Assembly (NCBI GenBank): GCA_038816475.1
Contig: JAWBAI010000001.1
Span: 1-64,000, forward strand
Reading direction: 5' to 3'
Length of the DNA stretch: 64,000 nt
Origin: Desulfurococcaceae archaeon
GTDB taxonomy: Archaea; Thermoproteota; Thermoprotei_A; Sulfolobales; Desulfurococcaceae
The position numbers and the translations under genes are program-made. Shown here piece by piece: positions 9,664 to 19,003 of this stretch; position 1 is the stretch's first letter, and each line of letters opens with the position of its first letter. The notes beneath the pieces were generated by a model. It had not been told where the DNA came from, ran no database searches, and saw only the letters and a program-made list of their open reading frames with translations.

Positions 9664-10589
9664 TTCTCGAATCCCCTGCCAGAATACACTTCGGGCTTGT
9701 GAACCCGTTCAACAGAAACTACAGGTTGTACGTATCAGCGGGTGTTACTATCGAGGAGCCTAAGACCGTAGTTGTAGTAGATGTGGATAAACCTCTCCAC
9801 ATCGAGGGTTGCCGCGAGGAAGAGGTTGAGAAGCGTCTCAAACCTGTGATAGAGGAGTTCGGTTTAACGCGAGGTTATGTTCGGATCGAGAGTTGCATTC
9901 CAAAGCACGTAGGTTTAGGTTCAACTACCCAGTTACTTTTAACTACAGTGCATGCTCTTCTAATAGCGAATAACATCCTAGGCGTAAACCTAGTGAATAT
10001 CGCAGAGAAGCTTCAAATAGGGAAGGTTTCCGGCGTGGGAACATACGCTTACATGTACGGAGGCTTCGTAGTGGATTCTGGCAAAACGAGTGAACGCGAG
10101 TTTCCCAAACTACTACTGAGGCTACCCTTTCCAGAGGAGTGGAGGTTCGTAGTGGTAATACCACGTGGGAGAGGATTGGATGAGAAGAAAGAAGCAGAGA
10201 TCTTCGAGAAGGGCGCCGATACGCCCATCGAACTAGTATGGCAAGCGTCGTTTACACTATTCCACGAACTAGTACCATCGTTACTTGATGGAGACTTCGA
10301 TCGCTTCGCGAAAGCGCTCGGAAAGCTACAGGAAGTTGTAGGCTCCATGTTCAGCAAGTACCAGGGTGGTGTTTACGCTTCTTACTCGCAAACAGCTGTT
10401 GAGGCCTTAAGGAGAGCGGGTGGTATAGGCGTTGGTCAAAGCTCCTGGGGTCCCACGGTGTACGCTGTTACGAGATCTCACGAAGAGGCTCTAGAGGTTT
10501 ACGCTAAAGTAAAAGAGTACCTGAGAGAGGCTGAGGTGTTTATTGCTAAGCCTAGGAACACCGGTGTTAGGATCCGAGTAGTTGTCTAG
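9648..10589 (+). CDS. Beta-ribofuranosylaminobenzene 5'-phosphate synthase family (GHMP fold)
   Basis: PARIHFGL, HVGLGSTTQL, SGVG..GGFVVDSG and GQSSWGPT motifs. Confidence 0.9.
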   Translation: MVRKLVLESPARIHFGLVNPFNRNYRLYVSAGVTIEEPKTVVVVDVDKPLHIEGCREEEVEKRLKPVIEEFGLTRGYVRIESCIPKHVGLGSTTQLLLTTVHALLIANNILGVNLVNIAEKLQIGKVSGVGTYAYMYGGFVVDSGKTSEREFPKLLLRLPFPEEWRFVVVIPRGRGLDEKKEAEIFEKGADTPIELVWQASFTLFHELVPSLLDGDFDRFAKALGKLQEVVGSMFSKYQGGVYASYSQTAVEALRRAGGIGVGQSSWGPTVYAVTRSHEEALEVYAKVKEYLREAEVFIAKPRNTGVRIRVVV

Positions 10590-10652
10590 GATCAGCTAGG
10601 CCCGTCCATTCATCCCTTCTAGGGGGTCATCCCTTCCAAGCTTCATCCTCGG
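10590..10652 (-). ncRNA. Box C/D guide sRNA candidate
   Basis: Minus strand reads AGGAUGA (C) - AGCUUGGAAGGG - AUGA (D') - spacer - GGAUGA (C') - AUGGACGGGCCUAG - CUGA (D). Lies in the gap between convergent genes. Confidence 0.75.
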
Positions 10653-10661
10653 TGTGTTTAC

Positions 10662-12332
10662 TTATAAACAAGCACTTATAATTTTGCTAATACTCAGTTC
10701 AGCTATTACTACCGGGTTCTTCAGCCCAAGCTTGTATAAGACTACGGGGTTCACTTCACCAATAAATCCTATCTCCTCGTTGCACGCCTTTACTAGTGCG
10801 GTTCTCTCATGCAAGAAACCTTCAACGATCCCTCTTTCAAATACAGGCTCTATTCCTAGTTCTCTGAGCGCGGTTTTCACATAGGCTAAACCATCAGTTA
10901 GTGTTGCCTTTTCGTAGACCAGAGCAAAACCGATTCTTCTCTCTATTCTAGCACCGGTTTCAGCCTCCGGAGACGGCTCAGCAACGTCTCCCACTTCGAA
11001 GATAGCTAATCTACTGTGCTTATCGGCGTTCTCTAATACAACCTCTAGCAGTTGAGGAACTAGCCATACTCTAAGACACTCGAATCTCTCTGTCCGGGGG
11101 TTCTCGACTAAGAACACATCTTTACCACGACTGCCCAAGAGCTCTAATTGCACATATCTACTACTCAGCATGTAGTTTGCAACCTCCTGGAACCCCAGTC
11201 CAATGAACACGTCTCTCAGCTTCTGCGATACGTACTCAATAGTGTGAAGTCTACCAGTGGTTCGTGATTCGGGTAAACTGTCAGCTTCTGATCCTAGCTT
11301 ATCATACCCGTAAGCTATGGCAATATCCTCGGCTACATCAACCCACGATTTCACGTCAATTCTGTATACTGGAGGTTTAACCAGGATCTTGCTATCCTCG
11401 ATTTTTAGAACCTCGTAATAGTGCTTGTCAAGGAGCTCGATAACATAGTTCACGGGCATTCTTGACCCGATTAGATTGAAGACATCTTCAAGGTTCACCT
11501 CTATGGGTTCAACCTCCGCTCTTGGAGCTCTCACGAGAAAGCCGTCTTCGTAGTAGACTGAAACAACCTCAATCACACCGGTTTTCGACCTTTCGGCGAT
11601 GTTCATAGACATCACTGTGACTGCGTTAACCACGTCGGTTAAGCTTGTTCCCGTAGCATCTATAAGAATGTTCTTGGTTTTCGTAGTAACTTTGCAGTCA
11701 TCGCTATTGAGTACTGGTACAAGGCTTAGCACTTTGTTCTGAGAGTCCATAAGAACCGGGTACTTCTCCATGTTCTCTATTATGTGACCGTAGAGTAGGC
11801 CTTTCTCGGTTTTCTTTAAAACTTCTCTTAAGCTCATTTCCTTTGTTTCATTCAAAGGTTTGTACCTTGTTTTATCAGGGTCTACGAGCTTGTAGTATAT
11901 CGGGGGATTTACGAGGTTTAAATCGTACAAACCAATACTTATTTTCCTACGTCTACGACCATAGGTTTCAGCGATTTTCTCTTGTAGTTGCATCATCTGG
12001 TTAATAGCGTGCTCGTCTAGTTCAAGATCTCTCACCACTGCGAGCGCTACGTAGGGGCGCCAAGGTATCTTCTCGGCGTATCCTACAACGCTGGACTCTG
12101 TTAATTTGTAGTATCTACGGGGTAATCCAAGCCAAGGTCTAATAGCTCTAGCAACTCCCTCCACACTGAAGTGGTCTGGTCTATCACTATTGGCTTCGAA
12201 TACTATGGTGTCTCCTCGTATCTCCTCGATCTCGCACTTTAGCTTAGTAAAGTATCTGTAAATATCCTGGAGAGAAAGTCGCACACCTAAGAGACGCTCC
12301 AGATCGCTTAAGCTGATCTCAACTACAGGCGT
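10662..12332 (-). CDS. pheT: Phenylalanine--tRNA ligase beta subunit
   Basis: DRPDHFSVEGVAR, QLQEKI..TYGRRRRK.SIG.YD, RIDV..WVDVAEDIAIAYGY motifs. The typical N-terminus (x)PVVEISLSDLERLLG begins at an ACG codon at 12332. Confidence 0.96.
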   Translation of the reverse strand, partial: TPVVEISLSDLERLLGVRLSLQDIYRYFTKLKCEIEEIRGDTIVFEANSDRPDHFSVEGVARAIRPWLGLPRRYYKLTESSVVGYAEKIPWRPYVALAVVRDLELDEHAINQMMQLQEKIAETYGRRRRKISIGLYDLNLVNPPIYYKLVDPDKTRYKPLNETKEMSLREVLKKTEKGLLYGHIIENMEKYPVLMDSQNKVLSLVPVLNSDDCKVTTKTKNILIDATGTSLTDVVNAVTVMSMNIAERSKTGVIEVVSVYYEDGFLVRAPRAEVEPIEVNLEDVFNLIGSRMPVNYVIELLDKHYYEVLKIEDSKILVKPPVYRIDVKSWVDVAEDIAIAYGYDKLGSEADSLPESRTTGRLHTIEYVSQKLRDVFIGLGFQEVANYMLSSRYVQLELLGSRGKDVFLVENPRTERFECLRVWLVPQLLEVVLENADKHSRLAIFEVGDVAEPSPEAETGARIERRIGFALVYEKATLTDGLAYVKTALRELGIEPVFERGIVEGFLHERTALVKACNEEIGFIGEVNPVVLYKLGLKNPVVIAELSISKIISACL

Positions 12333-12338
12333 TTCAGC

Positions 12339-13967
12339 TCACCCTAGTTCTCTTACTAGGATACTCCAAGCCTCATTTATAATCTCCTCTTCTTCTCTAC
12401 TCCATGAAAGTAGGTTTTCTAAGCTGAAGAGTTTATCAAAGTTCTCTACTTCGTTTAGATAAGCTAGCGGTGCATATACCGATAAGTAGCTATGTGCACC
12501 CCGAATATTACGTATTCTCATGTACAGCTCACGACCTAGCACTCTGTACATGAACCTGGATGATATAGGGGTTTCAAGCTCGTGCATCTTCTGCGCAGTC
12601 TCCCACTGGTTTATCATCTTTGAGAGTGGTGATACATCAACCCCCTTCTTCAACGATTCGATCTGATACCATGACTTCACGTAGTTTCTGTAGTACTCGA
12701 GAACCTGACTACCGAGAGGTTCTGTGTAAAGCATGTGACCTGCTGTAGCTGCTGCAATAGCTATGTCAGCGAGGTATGGAACGGAGATAGTGTCTACGTC
12801 GTCCATGTCAGTATGGTAGAACTTACTTGGCCACTCGTTGAGCATGACACTATCCATACCCCATGCTATTGTTACATCGTGATCGCTGCCACTGGTGTAT
12901 GGTGTTATAGAGTATCTATAGGCCGGCAGCTCGAATCCTCCAAATGAGGATGAGGAATCCAGTACGAGTTTTACTGCAATAAACGTATAGGCTGCTACCA
13001 GAGGCTTTATGAATAGTGGTGGATTAACGATGTTCAGGGTTGAACCCGTAATACCTTGCTTTGATCCAACCATGTCCAGGTTAATAACACCCTTAGGTGT
13101 CCATGGCAGGTGCTCTCGAGCATATATGGTCCCCGTGTACTCTGGTACGAAAAGATGCGCGTGAGGATAACTCAAGTTTGATGACCCCAGGATCTTAGCG
13201 ATAGCCAGGTTAACGGTTGATCCACTGGCATTATCGTGTGCGCCTGGCTTTGGATGGCATATGTGGCTCACGAAGAGTACACCGGGGTTTTCACCACTGT
13301 ATGCTACGAGAGCAGGCAATGGTTCATCCGAGTACTTGGTCTCAACCTTCCAGCATGCGACTAGTCTAACTCCCTTACTCAGCAGAGCTATTAATCTCTG
13401 AGCAGTTGCATAGGGTACGTTAACTACGACCGGCTTGGGCTTGACCTCATCCCGCGAGATGAATAAACCAGTATAAGGTACTGCTTCAGGGTATCTTTTG
13501 CTATCGTAGAGAACTACTAGATCAGCTTCCACGGTACTATACGCAACAAATGCGGGAGCTTCGACGAGAACAGCTTCGCCGGAGCAGTTTTCGATGTTCA
13601 CGCAGTGCTTCAACTCCCCGCACCCCTCGCCTCGAGGTGAATGTGCGGATATTAAGGTTGGGTGATCGCTGTAATCAAACTTTGCTATAGTTTCACCATT
13701 TCTCTTGAACTCGATGAGTCCATTTTCAGCATTCCACGATGTTGGTGTTTCCATGAAACCTTTTCTGCTACTACTCGGAACGCGGAAAACTCTGGTACTC
13801 AGGCCAAGATCCTCTAATACCATGTCTGTAATCTTGATCGCTTCTTCTAGGCCTTTACTACCCTGTACTCTATGAAGAGTTGTAATGCGTTTCAGATAGT
13901 CCTTTGCAAGCCCAGCAATAGGGATCTTACGGTACGCTTCTAGAATGCTCTTGAGCCCATTACTCAA
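12339..13967 (-). CDS. M28-family (DUF4910-like) aminopeptidase
   Basis: HRVQGS, SHICHPKPGAHDNASG, VPEYTG, NLDMVG, GSDH and YHTDMD motifs. Probable start is TTG 13967. Confidence 0.85.
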   Translation of the reverse strand: MSNGLKSILEAYRKIPIAGLAKDYLKRITTLHRVQGSKGLEEAIKITDMVLEDLGLSTRVFRVPSSSRKGFMETPTSWNAENGLIEFKRNGETIAKFDYSDHPTLISAHSPRGEGCGELKHCVNIENCSGEAVLVEAPAFVAYSTVEADLVVLYDSKRYPEAVPYTGLFISRDEVKPKPVVVNVPYATAQRLIALLSKGVRLVACWKVETKYSDEPLPALVAYSGENPGVLFVSHICHPKPGAHDNASGSTVNLAIAKILGSSNLSYPHAHLFVPEYTGTIYAREHLPWTPKGVINLDMVGSKQGITGSTLNIVNPPLFIKPLVAAYTFIAVKLVLDSSSSFGGFELPAYRYSITPYTSGSDHDVTIAWGMDSVMLNEWPSKFYHTDMDDVDTISVPYLADIAIAAATAGHMLYTEPLGSQVLEYYRNYVKSWYQIESLKKGVDVSPLSKMINQWETAQKMHELETPISSRFMYRVLGRELYMRIRNIRGAHSYLSVYAPLAYLNEVENFDKLFSLENLLSWSREEEEIINEAWSILVRELG

Positions 13968-14048
13968 TTTGAACCCCACACCAAATTCGCTAACTACTGT
14001 TACTAAAAATAGCGTTAAAGATTCAATAATGTACTTCACAGGATTCCT

Positions 14049-14076
14049 GATATAAATATCACGATATAAATATCAC
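14049..14076. repeat. Perfect tandem 14-bp repeat GATATAAATATCAC x2 in a divergent promoter
   Basis: Directly visible at 14049-14062 and 14063-14076. Each unit is quasi-palindromic (GATA-TAAA-TATC). Confidence 0.9.
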
Positions 14077-14105
14077 GCTTTCCGATAGTTGATCCGGGAT
14101 TAAGC

Positions 14106-15674
14106 ATGGTCATAGTAAGCATTACACCTGAAATAGCACTTGAAGGCTCTGTTAATTATGCAGGAGGATTGGGTGTTTTGGAGGGGGATAAGTTCTACGC
14201 GGCGGGTGATCTCGGGCTAGATTACCTGGTGCTTTCTCTCCTCTACAAGCAAGGCTACGTCAAACTAAGATTCACGGTTCACGGCGAACCGTTGTTCGAA
14301 CCCGAAGAACTAAGTAAAGAGTTCTACTCAAAGCTAACACCAGATGGTGAACTAGTGGTAACTCTGAACAACGCGAGGGTTTACGTTATACCGTGGGTTT
14401 ATAGGTACAAAACGGCAAAAGCTGTTCTCTTCGAAGCCGTCTGTCCTGAATGGGCACGTAAACTAAACAGTAGAGTGTACGTAGATGATAATGAAGAAGA
14501 GAAGTTCTTGAAATACGCCTTATTAGCCAAAGCAAGCGCCAGTTATCTTAAAGAGAAAGTAGGACTAGAAAACATCGCCATTTTAGACCTGGAGGAATCT
14601 TACACCTCGTTGGTACTCTACGAGCTTAGAGGTATCGAGAGCAAAACACGAATAATTCTCCACACACCGGGACCATGGGGTCACCCGGTTTTCCCAGGAT
14701 ACATGATTAAGCAAGAGTTCGGAGTTGATGTATCTGAAGGATTAGTTAATATGACTGAGGAGACCCTAAGAAGATTGAGCAAGGCCATTGTTGTCTCTAA
14801 AAAACAATGTGATGTAATGTCTCACGTTTTTCCAGACCATAGAAGCAAGTTTATACCTATCACTAACGGAATATACCTTGAAAGGTGGATGCACCCTAAG
14901 CTTTACTCTGCCTGGGTTCGCAAAGACATTCGCGAAGAAGTTTTGAGAGAAGTTAGAAATGAAGCGAAGAAAGAGCTCCTATCTTTAGTGAAGTACTATA
15001 AGCCAGAAGTAGACCTAACCGGTAAAGTGGTCGTTACCTGGGCTCGTCGTTTAGCTCGCTACAAGAGACCGTACTTTATTGCTAGGTTTATAGAAGAGCA
15101 CCACGATCAGAGCGTAGTGTACATACTAGCTGGTAAACCACATCCCAAGGACCCGGATGGGTACATTTACCTGAAGAAGTTCAAGGAGCTTTCACAGAAA
15201 TTCAACAACGTAGTTTACATACCAGACTATAGAACTGATGTAGCTAAGGTTTTAATAGCTGGATCCGATATCTGGCTGTTTACCCCGTTCAGTGGCTGGG
15301 AAGCATGTGGTACAAGCTACATGAAAGCCCTCGTTAACGGGGTTCCAGTAGTATCAAGTAGAGATGGAGGTGTCATAGAAATCGTAGAGGATAACTTAAA
15401 CGGATGGTTGTTTGGTGATGATATACGTGAGTTCATCAACATATACGAGGATCCCCGTGCAAGGACAATCGATGAAAAAGACTACAAGGAGTTTTCCAAC
15501 AAACTTACTAAAGCCATTGAAACATATTATGGTAAACCGGATGAGTACTGGACCATTGCTCTGAATGCATGGAGAGACGTACCCGAGAAGGTAGATGTTA
15601 GAAGAGTTCTGAGGAAGTATTATCTTGAAAAACTACCTGACGATAAACAAGGATACCGGAGCATTAGTAGCTAG
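14106..15674 (+). CDS. glgP: Alpha-glucan/maltodextrin phosphorylase (short archaeal type)
   Basis: YAGGLGVLEGD, HTP..GH, ITNG, WARRLARYKRP, AGKPHPKD and PLP-lysine motif EACGTSYMK. Confidence 0.93.
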   Translation: MVIVSITPEIALEGSVNYAGGLGVLEGDKFYAAGDLGLDYLVLSLLYKQGYVKLRFTVHGEPLFEPEELSKEFYSKLTPDGELVVTLNNARVYVIPWVYRYKTAKAVLFEAVCPEWARKLNSRVYVDDNEEEKFLKYALLAKASASYLKEKVGLENIAILDLEESYTSLVLYELRGIESKTRIILHTPGPWGHPVFPGYMIKQEFGVDVSEGLVNMTEETLRRLSKAIVVSKKQCDVMSHVFPDHRSKFIPITNGIYLERWMHPKLYSAWVRKDIREEVLREVRNEAKKELLSLVKYYKPEVDLTGKVVVTWARRLARYKRPYFIARFIEEHHDQSVVYILAGKPHPKDPDGYIYLKKFKELSQKFNNVVYIPDYRTDVAKVLIAGSDIWLFTPFSGWEACGTSYMKALVNGVPVVSSRDGGVIEIVEDNLNGWLFGDDIREFINIYEDPRARTIDEKDYKEFSNKLTKAIETYYGKPDEYWTIALNAWRDVPEKVDVRRVLRKYYLEKLPDDKQGYRSISS

Positions 15675-16064
15675 AGATAGTGCAACTCCACCTATATTGG
15701 CTTCACTAAGTGCTGTTTTACCGCGTGCTCCTATTATCACTAGGTCGTATCCTCCACTAAGTATCTCTCGTAGTAGCGTGGACTGTGGACTGTCACTTAG
15801 ATGATCGTACTCTAGCTGCTTGTAAACCACGTCAACGGACACGTCTTTAAGCCTTTCCTTTGCCTTAGCTAATGGATCCTCGGCTTCCACGAATCCCTTG
15901 GGTTTAGCGTAAACGACTGTTATTCTCGAACCATACCTTTGTGCAAAGTCTGCAGCTACTAGTAAAGCCTTTAGGCTGGTTTCACTTCCATCAACTGGAA
16001 CCAGTATTCTCCTAAAGTAAAAGCTGATCGCGTACGAAGGCCCTTCTCTCATGGTTTCCACCAT
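15633..16064 (-). CDS. Universal stress protein (UspA family)
   Basis: RRILVPVDGSETS, YDLVIIGARG and IGGVA motifs. Confidence 0.92.
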   Translation of the reverse strand: MVETMREGPSYAISFYFRRILVPVDGSETSLKALLVAADFAQRYGSRITVVYAKPKGFVEAEDPLAKAKERLKDVSVDVVYKQLEYDHLSDSPQSTLLREILSGGYDLVIIGARGKTALSEANIGGVALSLATNAPVSLFIVR

Positions 16065-17119
16065 TAGGATCGAATAGTGTTCCCAGATATTATAGCTTGC
16101 AGAGACCCTATTCCGAGCGCTTTATTCACATTCTCAACGACTCTTTGCACATCTGTTTCAAGGTTCATAATAGCGTATGCGACGTCCAGGTTTTCAGGTA
16201 TAACTATGGCCTCTTGGTGTACTGCTTGAATCATCACTACACCGTCATTGTTCACGTAGAGAGAATCGCTGAACAGGATATTCTCGTATATGTCGTATCG
16301 TGGCCTACCGAGATCTCTAGATAACTCAACAAGTTTACCGGTAGAGTCGATTTTTAATTGCTTCGAACTCAGTGGCACTAGTCTTCCACTTCGATCTAGT
16401 AGCTCAATGAGGTTTTCTACATTTATTCTTTTTTTCAGCCTTATGTTTAGCACTTGTACATGCATTATAGTTGAAGGTACAACTAGTGATACCGTGATTA
16501 TGGGTGGCTTATCCCCTATGACTGATGCAACATCCTTACTGTGATGACTAGGCAGAAATGGCGACTCCAGAAGTACTGAGTTTACAGGTCCCCGCAGGTC
16601 CTCTTTTGGATCACTTGCACGTCTTACTATAACTCCGAAAACCGAGTCTACGCTATCAATACCTATAGAGCAAATCACTCTTAGTATACCCGTTGTATTG
16701 CAACTTACAACACGAACGTATGTCCGGCCTAGAGCTTTATCGTAGTTACAGAGTGTGCTGTAACTTAGTTCAGCTACCTCTGGTGGTTCACCGCCCTGAA
16801 AAACAGCTGGCTTTCTATACTTGGTGTACAGTTCCTTGTTTCGTAATCCTTGCTTAGCGGGCGATGCATCGTACACAAGCTCGGCAGCTTCAACCATGTC
16901 TTCAATGCTACCAGCTGGTTCAACACCGATATCCCTGAATTCCCTGTGCTTTTCCTTGGGTACGTAAATGTCTATACCCCGCTTGACTATCAAAAGCGTA
17001 CTGTAGTCAGCGTTGTACTTGGCTACGCCGATCAGTTTAAAATCTGGTAATTTTGCTATGGCATCGGCTAATCGCTTCCCTATGGTTCCATAGCCGTTAA
17101 CAGCAACCTTTACAGGCAA
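16064..17119 (-). CDS. gap: Glyceraldehyde-3-phosphate dehydrogenase (archaeal type II, phosphorylating)
   Basis: VAVNGYGTIGKR, FQGGE, VVSCNTTG, PSHH and HQEAIVIPEN motifs. Confidence 0.97.
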   Translation of the reverse strand: MPVKVAVNGYGTIGKRLADAIAKLPDFKLIGVAKYNADYSTLLIVKRGIDIYVPKEKHREFRDIGVEPAGSIEDMVEAAELVYDASPAKQGLRNKELYTKYRKPAVFQGGEPPEVAELSYSTLCNYDKALGRTYVRVVSCNTTGILRVICSIGIDSVDSVFGVIVRRASDPKEDLRGPVNSVLLESPFLPSHHSKDVASVIGDKPPIITVSLVVPSTIMHVQVLNIRLKKRINVENLIELLDRSGRLVPLSSKQLKIDSTGKLVELSRDLGRPRYDIYENILFSDSLYVNNDGVVMIQAVHQEAIVIPENLDVAYAIMNLETDVQRVVENVNKALGIGSLQAIISGNTIRS

Positions 17120-17122
17120 ATT

Positions 17123-18361
17123 TCACCAGCCTAGGAACATTTTCGCTGAGAGCTCTAGTGCTTTAAAAGCTGGTAATTCTTCACCGCTTAGGAAAAGTAG
17201 AAGAGAGTTTCCAGCTGTTGAAACGTGCACTTTCCCGGACTGTTCAACGTGCTGTGCCATTGCAGAGAGATGTCCTCCAGCTATTAGCACAAATCCCTTG
17301 GAGCTCAACGAGGCGTTCAGCAAGCGTAGTGTTCCAGCTCTGAACTCTTCTTTCTCAATAACACCCGCGGGACCACGCATAACAACTGTTTTCGCTTCTT
17401 TTATAAGCTCCTCGTAAATGCCAGCAGTTTGTTCACCTATATCCATGACAAGACCTTTCATGTCCCCTAGGTAACTGTTCACGACTCTGTTTTCGAATGT
17501 CACCTTGAAGTCTACGGGTGTTTCTACGGGTGCTCCACGTAGAAGTAGATACCTAGCCTTGGGTATGAACGGTATTAACCCGTTCTCCTCTAGCAATTTA
17601 ACGTTCTCGGAGCCTATGTTAACCCCCTTTGCGGCTAAAAAGAGTAACCCTAGTAAACCGCAGGTAAGAACTCTATCAGCTAGTTTGTTTGCTACGAGAT
17701 TTTCAATTACTCGAAGATGCTCTGCCACTTTTTTACCACCCAGAACGTAAACTCTAGGAGGTTCTGATGCGTTAACAACTCTCCTAAGCGCTTCTAGCTC
17801 TTTCTCAAATAGAGGTCCTATAGCACTAGGTACAACTAGTGGTAAACCTACGATGCTTGGTTGACTTCTGTGAGCTGTTGCAAACGCATCGTTTATGTAA
17901 ACATCTATAACTGAAGATACTCTCATGGTAAAAATGCTCGTAGCGTGCTTCTCGGGAGGGGCCTCTATGATCTCCTCTGATACAAGCCTTAAGTTATCTA
18001 GTAGTAGAACTTCACCTGGCTTCAGGTTTTTTATCGCGTTTAAAGCAGTTGGACCAATTACGTCGTTCACAAACTTCACTTCCATACCCATGTACTTTTC
18101 GAGAAGACTCTCATGTTCCTCCAGGGTAGTGAAATCTGGTGATCCAGGTCTACCCTGATGGGAACCTAGGACTAGAGCAGGTCTATGCTCTTCTACTAGT
18201 TTTTTGATATACTGTGCATGAACGCGTATTCTTCTATCGTCTACGATTTTACCAGTATCCGGGTCTATGGGAACATTTATATCTATTCTCATGAATACCT
18301 TCTTCTCACGTATATTGAGGTCTCTTAGTGTTGGCAGTATTGGAACATGCAAAGAGTTCAT
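17123..18361 (-). CDS. pgk: Phosphoglycerate kinase
   Basis: RIDINVP, SHQGRP, NLR, DAFATAHRSQPS and DIG motifs. In an operon with gap. Confidence 0.95.
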   Translation of the reverse strand: MNSLHVPILPTLRDLNIREKKVFMRIDINVPIDPDTGKIVDDRRIRVHAQYIKKLVEEHRPALVLGSHQGRPGSPDFTTLEEHESLLEKYMGMEVKFVNDVIGPTALNAIKNLKPGEVLLLDNLRLVSEEIIEAPPEKHATSIFTMRVSSVIDVYINDAFATAHRSQPSIVGLPLVVPSAIGPLFEKELEALRRVVNASEPPRVYVLGGKKVAEHLRVIENLVANKLADRVLTCGLLGLLFLAAKGVNIGSENVKLLEENGLIPFIPKARYLLLRGAPVETPVDFKVTFENRVVNSYLGDMKGLVMDIGEQTAGIYEELIKEAKTVVMRGPAGVIEKEEFRAGTLRLLNASLSSKGFVLIAGGHLSAMAQHVEQSGKVHVSTAGNSLLLFLSGEELPAFKALELSAKMFLGW

Positions 18362-18632
18362 AATTATCCTCCGAGATCAGCTTTTAAAAAGAGTATTTTT
18401 AAGTATTCATGGATACTTTTACTTCACTGTTTAAAGATGTTCAGCGATTGGTGCGACAAGCAGTTTTACATGAATAATGAAAAATGAGCACATCGCTTAT
18501 TTAAAACAAACACGATAAACCTAAAAAGAGTTCATAAGTAGTTTTACGGGAGTCATTATTTTTCCCTAGATAGGTGAGTGAGGAAAAAGTAATAAAATAA
18601 AGTAAAAAGAAAGCTGAGATAATGCTTTTATG

Positions 18633-18818
18633 TTACCCACATATTGGGTATTCGTCTGGAACCTTGACTCTGAAGTATCTTCCTGTTTCTGGGTCTTGGA
18701 ATAATCCTATTTTAACGCCCTTTCTACCGGCTGGAGCTAGATGCCATACTTTGATGGGCACAAGTTCTAGTTCCTTTCCACTGGGTGTTTTTACTTTGAC
18801 TTTTTCAGTACAAGGCAT
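18633..18818 (-). CDS. creN7: Chromatin protein Cren7
   Basis: [52 protein letters not shown] matches the Cren7 signature. ATG at 18818 follows GGTGA. Confidence 0.97.
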   Translation of the reverse strand: MPCTEKVKVKTPSGKELELVPIKVWHLAPAGRKGVKIGLFQDPETGRYFRVKVPDEYPICG

Positions 18819-19003
18819 GTTCTTCACCAAGGTTTATTACGTTGTAATGAACTTATATACCTTTTCTTCTTAGAAAAACCAGAGTTTCTATTCCAGATTT
18901 TGGTGTTAGATTCGATATAGAGACATCTACATGTAGGCTGGGAAAAGTCCATGTTTAAATGAGAAAACACTAGCTAGGGATATCTAGCCTATGACTAATC
19001 AAA

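Noticed and set aside
12333-12341. Selenocysteine or readthrough fusion of the M28 peptidase to PheT across the in-frame TGA
   Set aside because: The TGA is part of the GGTGA Shine-Dalgarno. No SECIS evidence was seen and Sec is not known in this group, so re-initiation at ACG is simpler.
17190-17230. PGK C-terminal motif HVSTAGNS instead of HISTGGGA, suggesting inactivation
   Set aside because: The other substrate-binding motifs are intact and the gene is in the gap operon, so this is probably ordinary lineage divergence.
18830-19000. Replication origin near cren7 (TTCCAG word in AT-rich DNA)
   Set aside because: No full or repeated ORB consensus and no cdc6 or whiP gene in the window.
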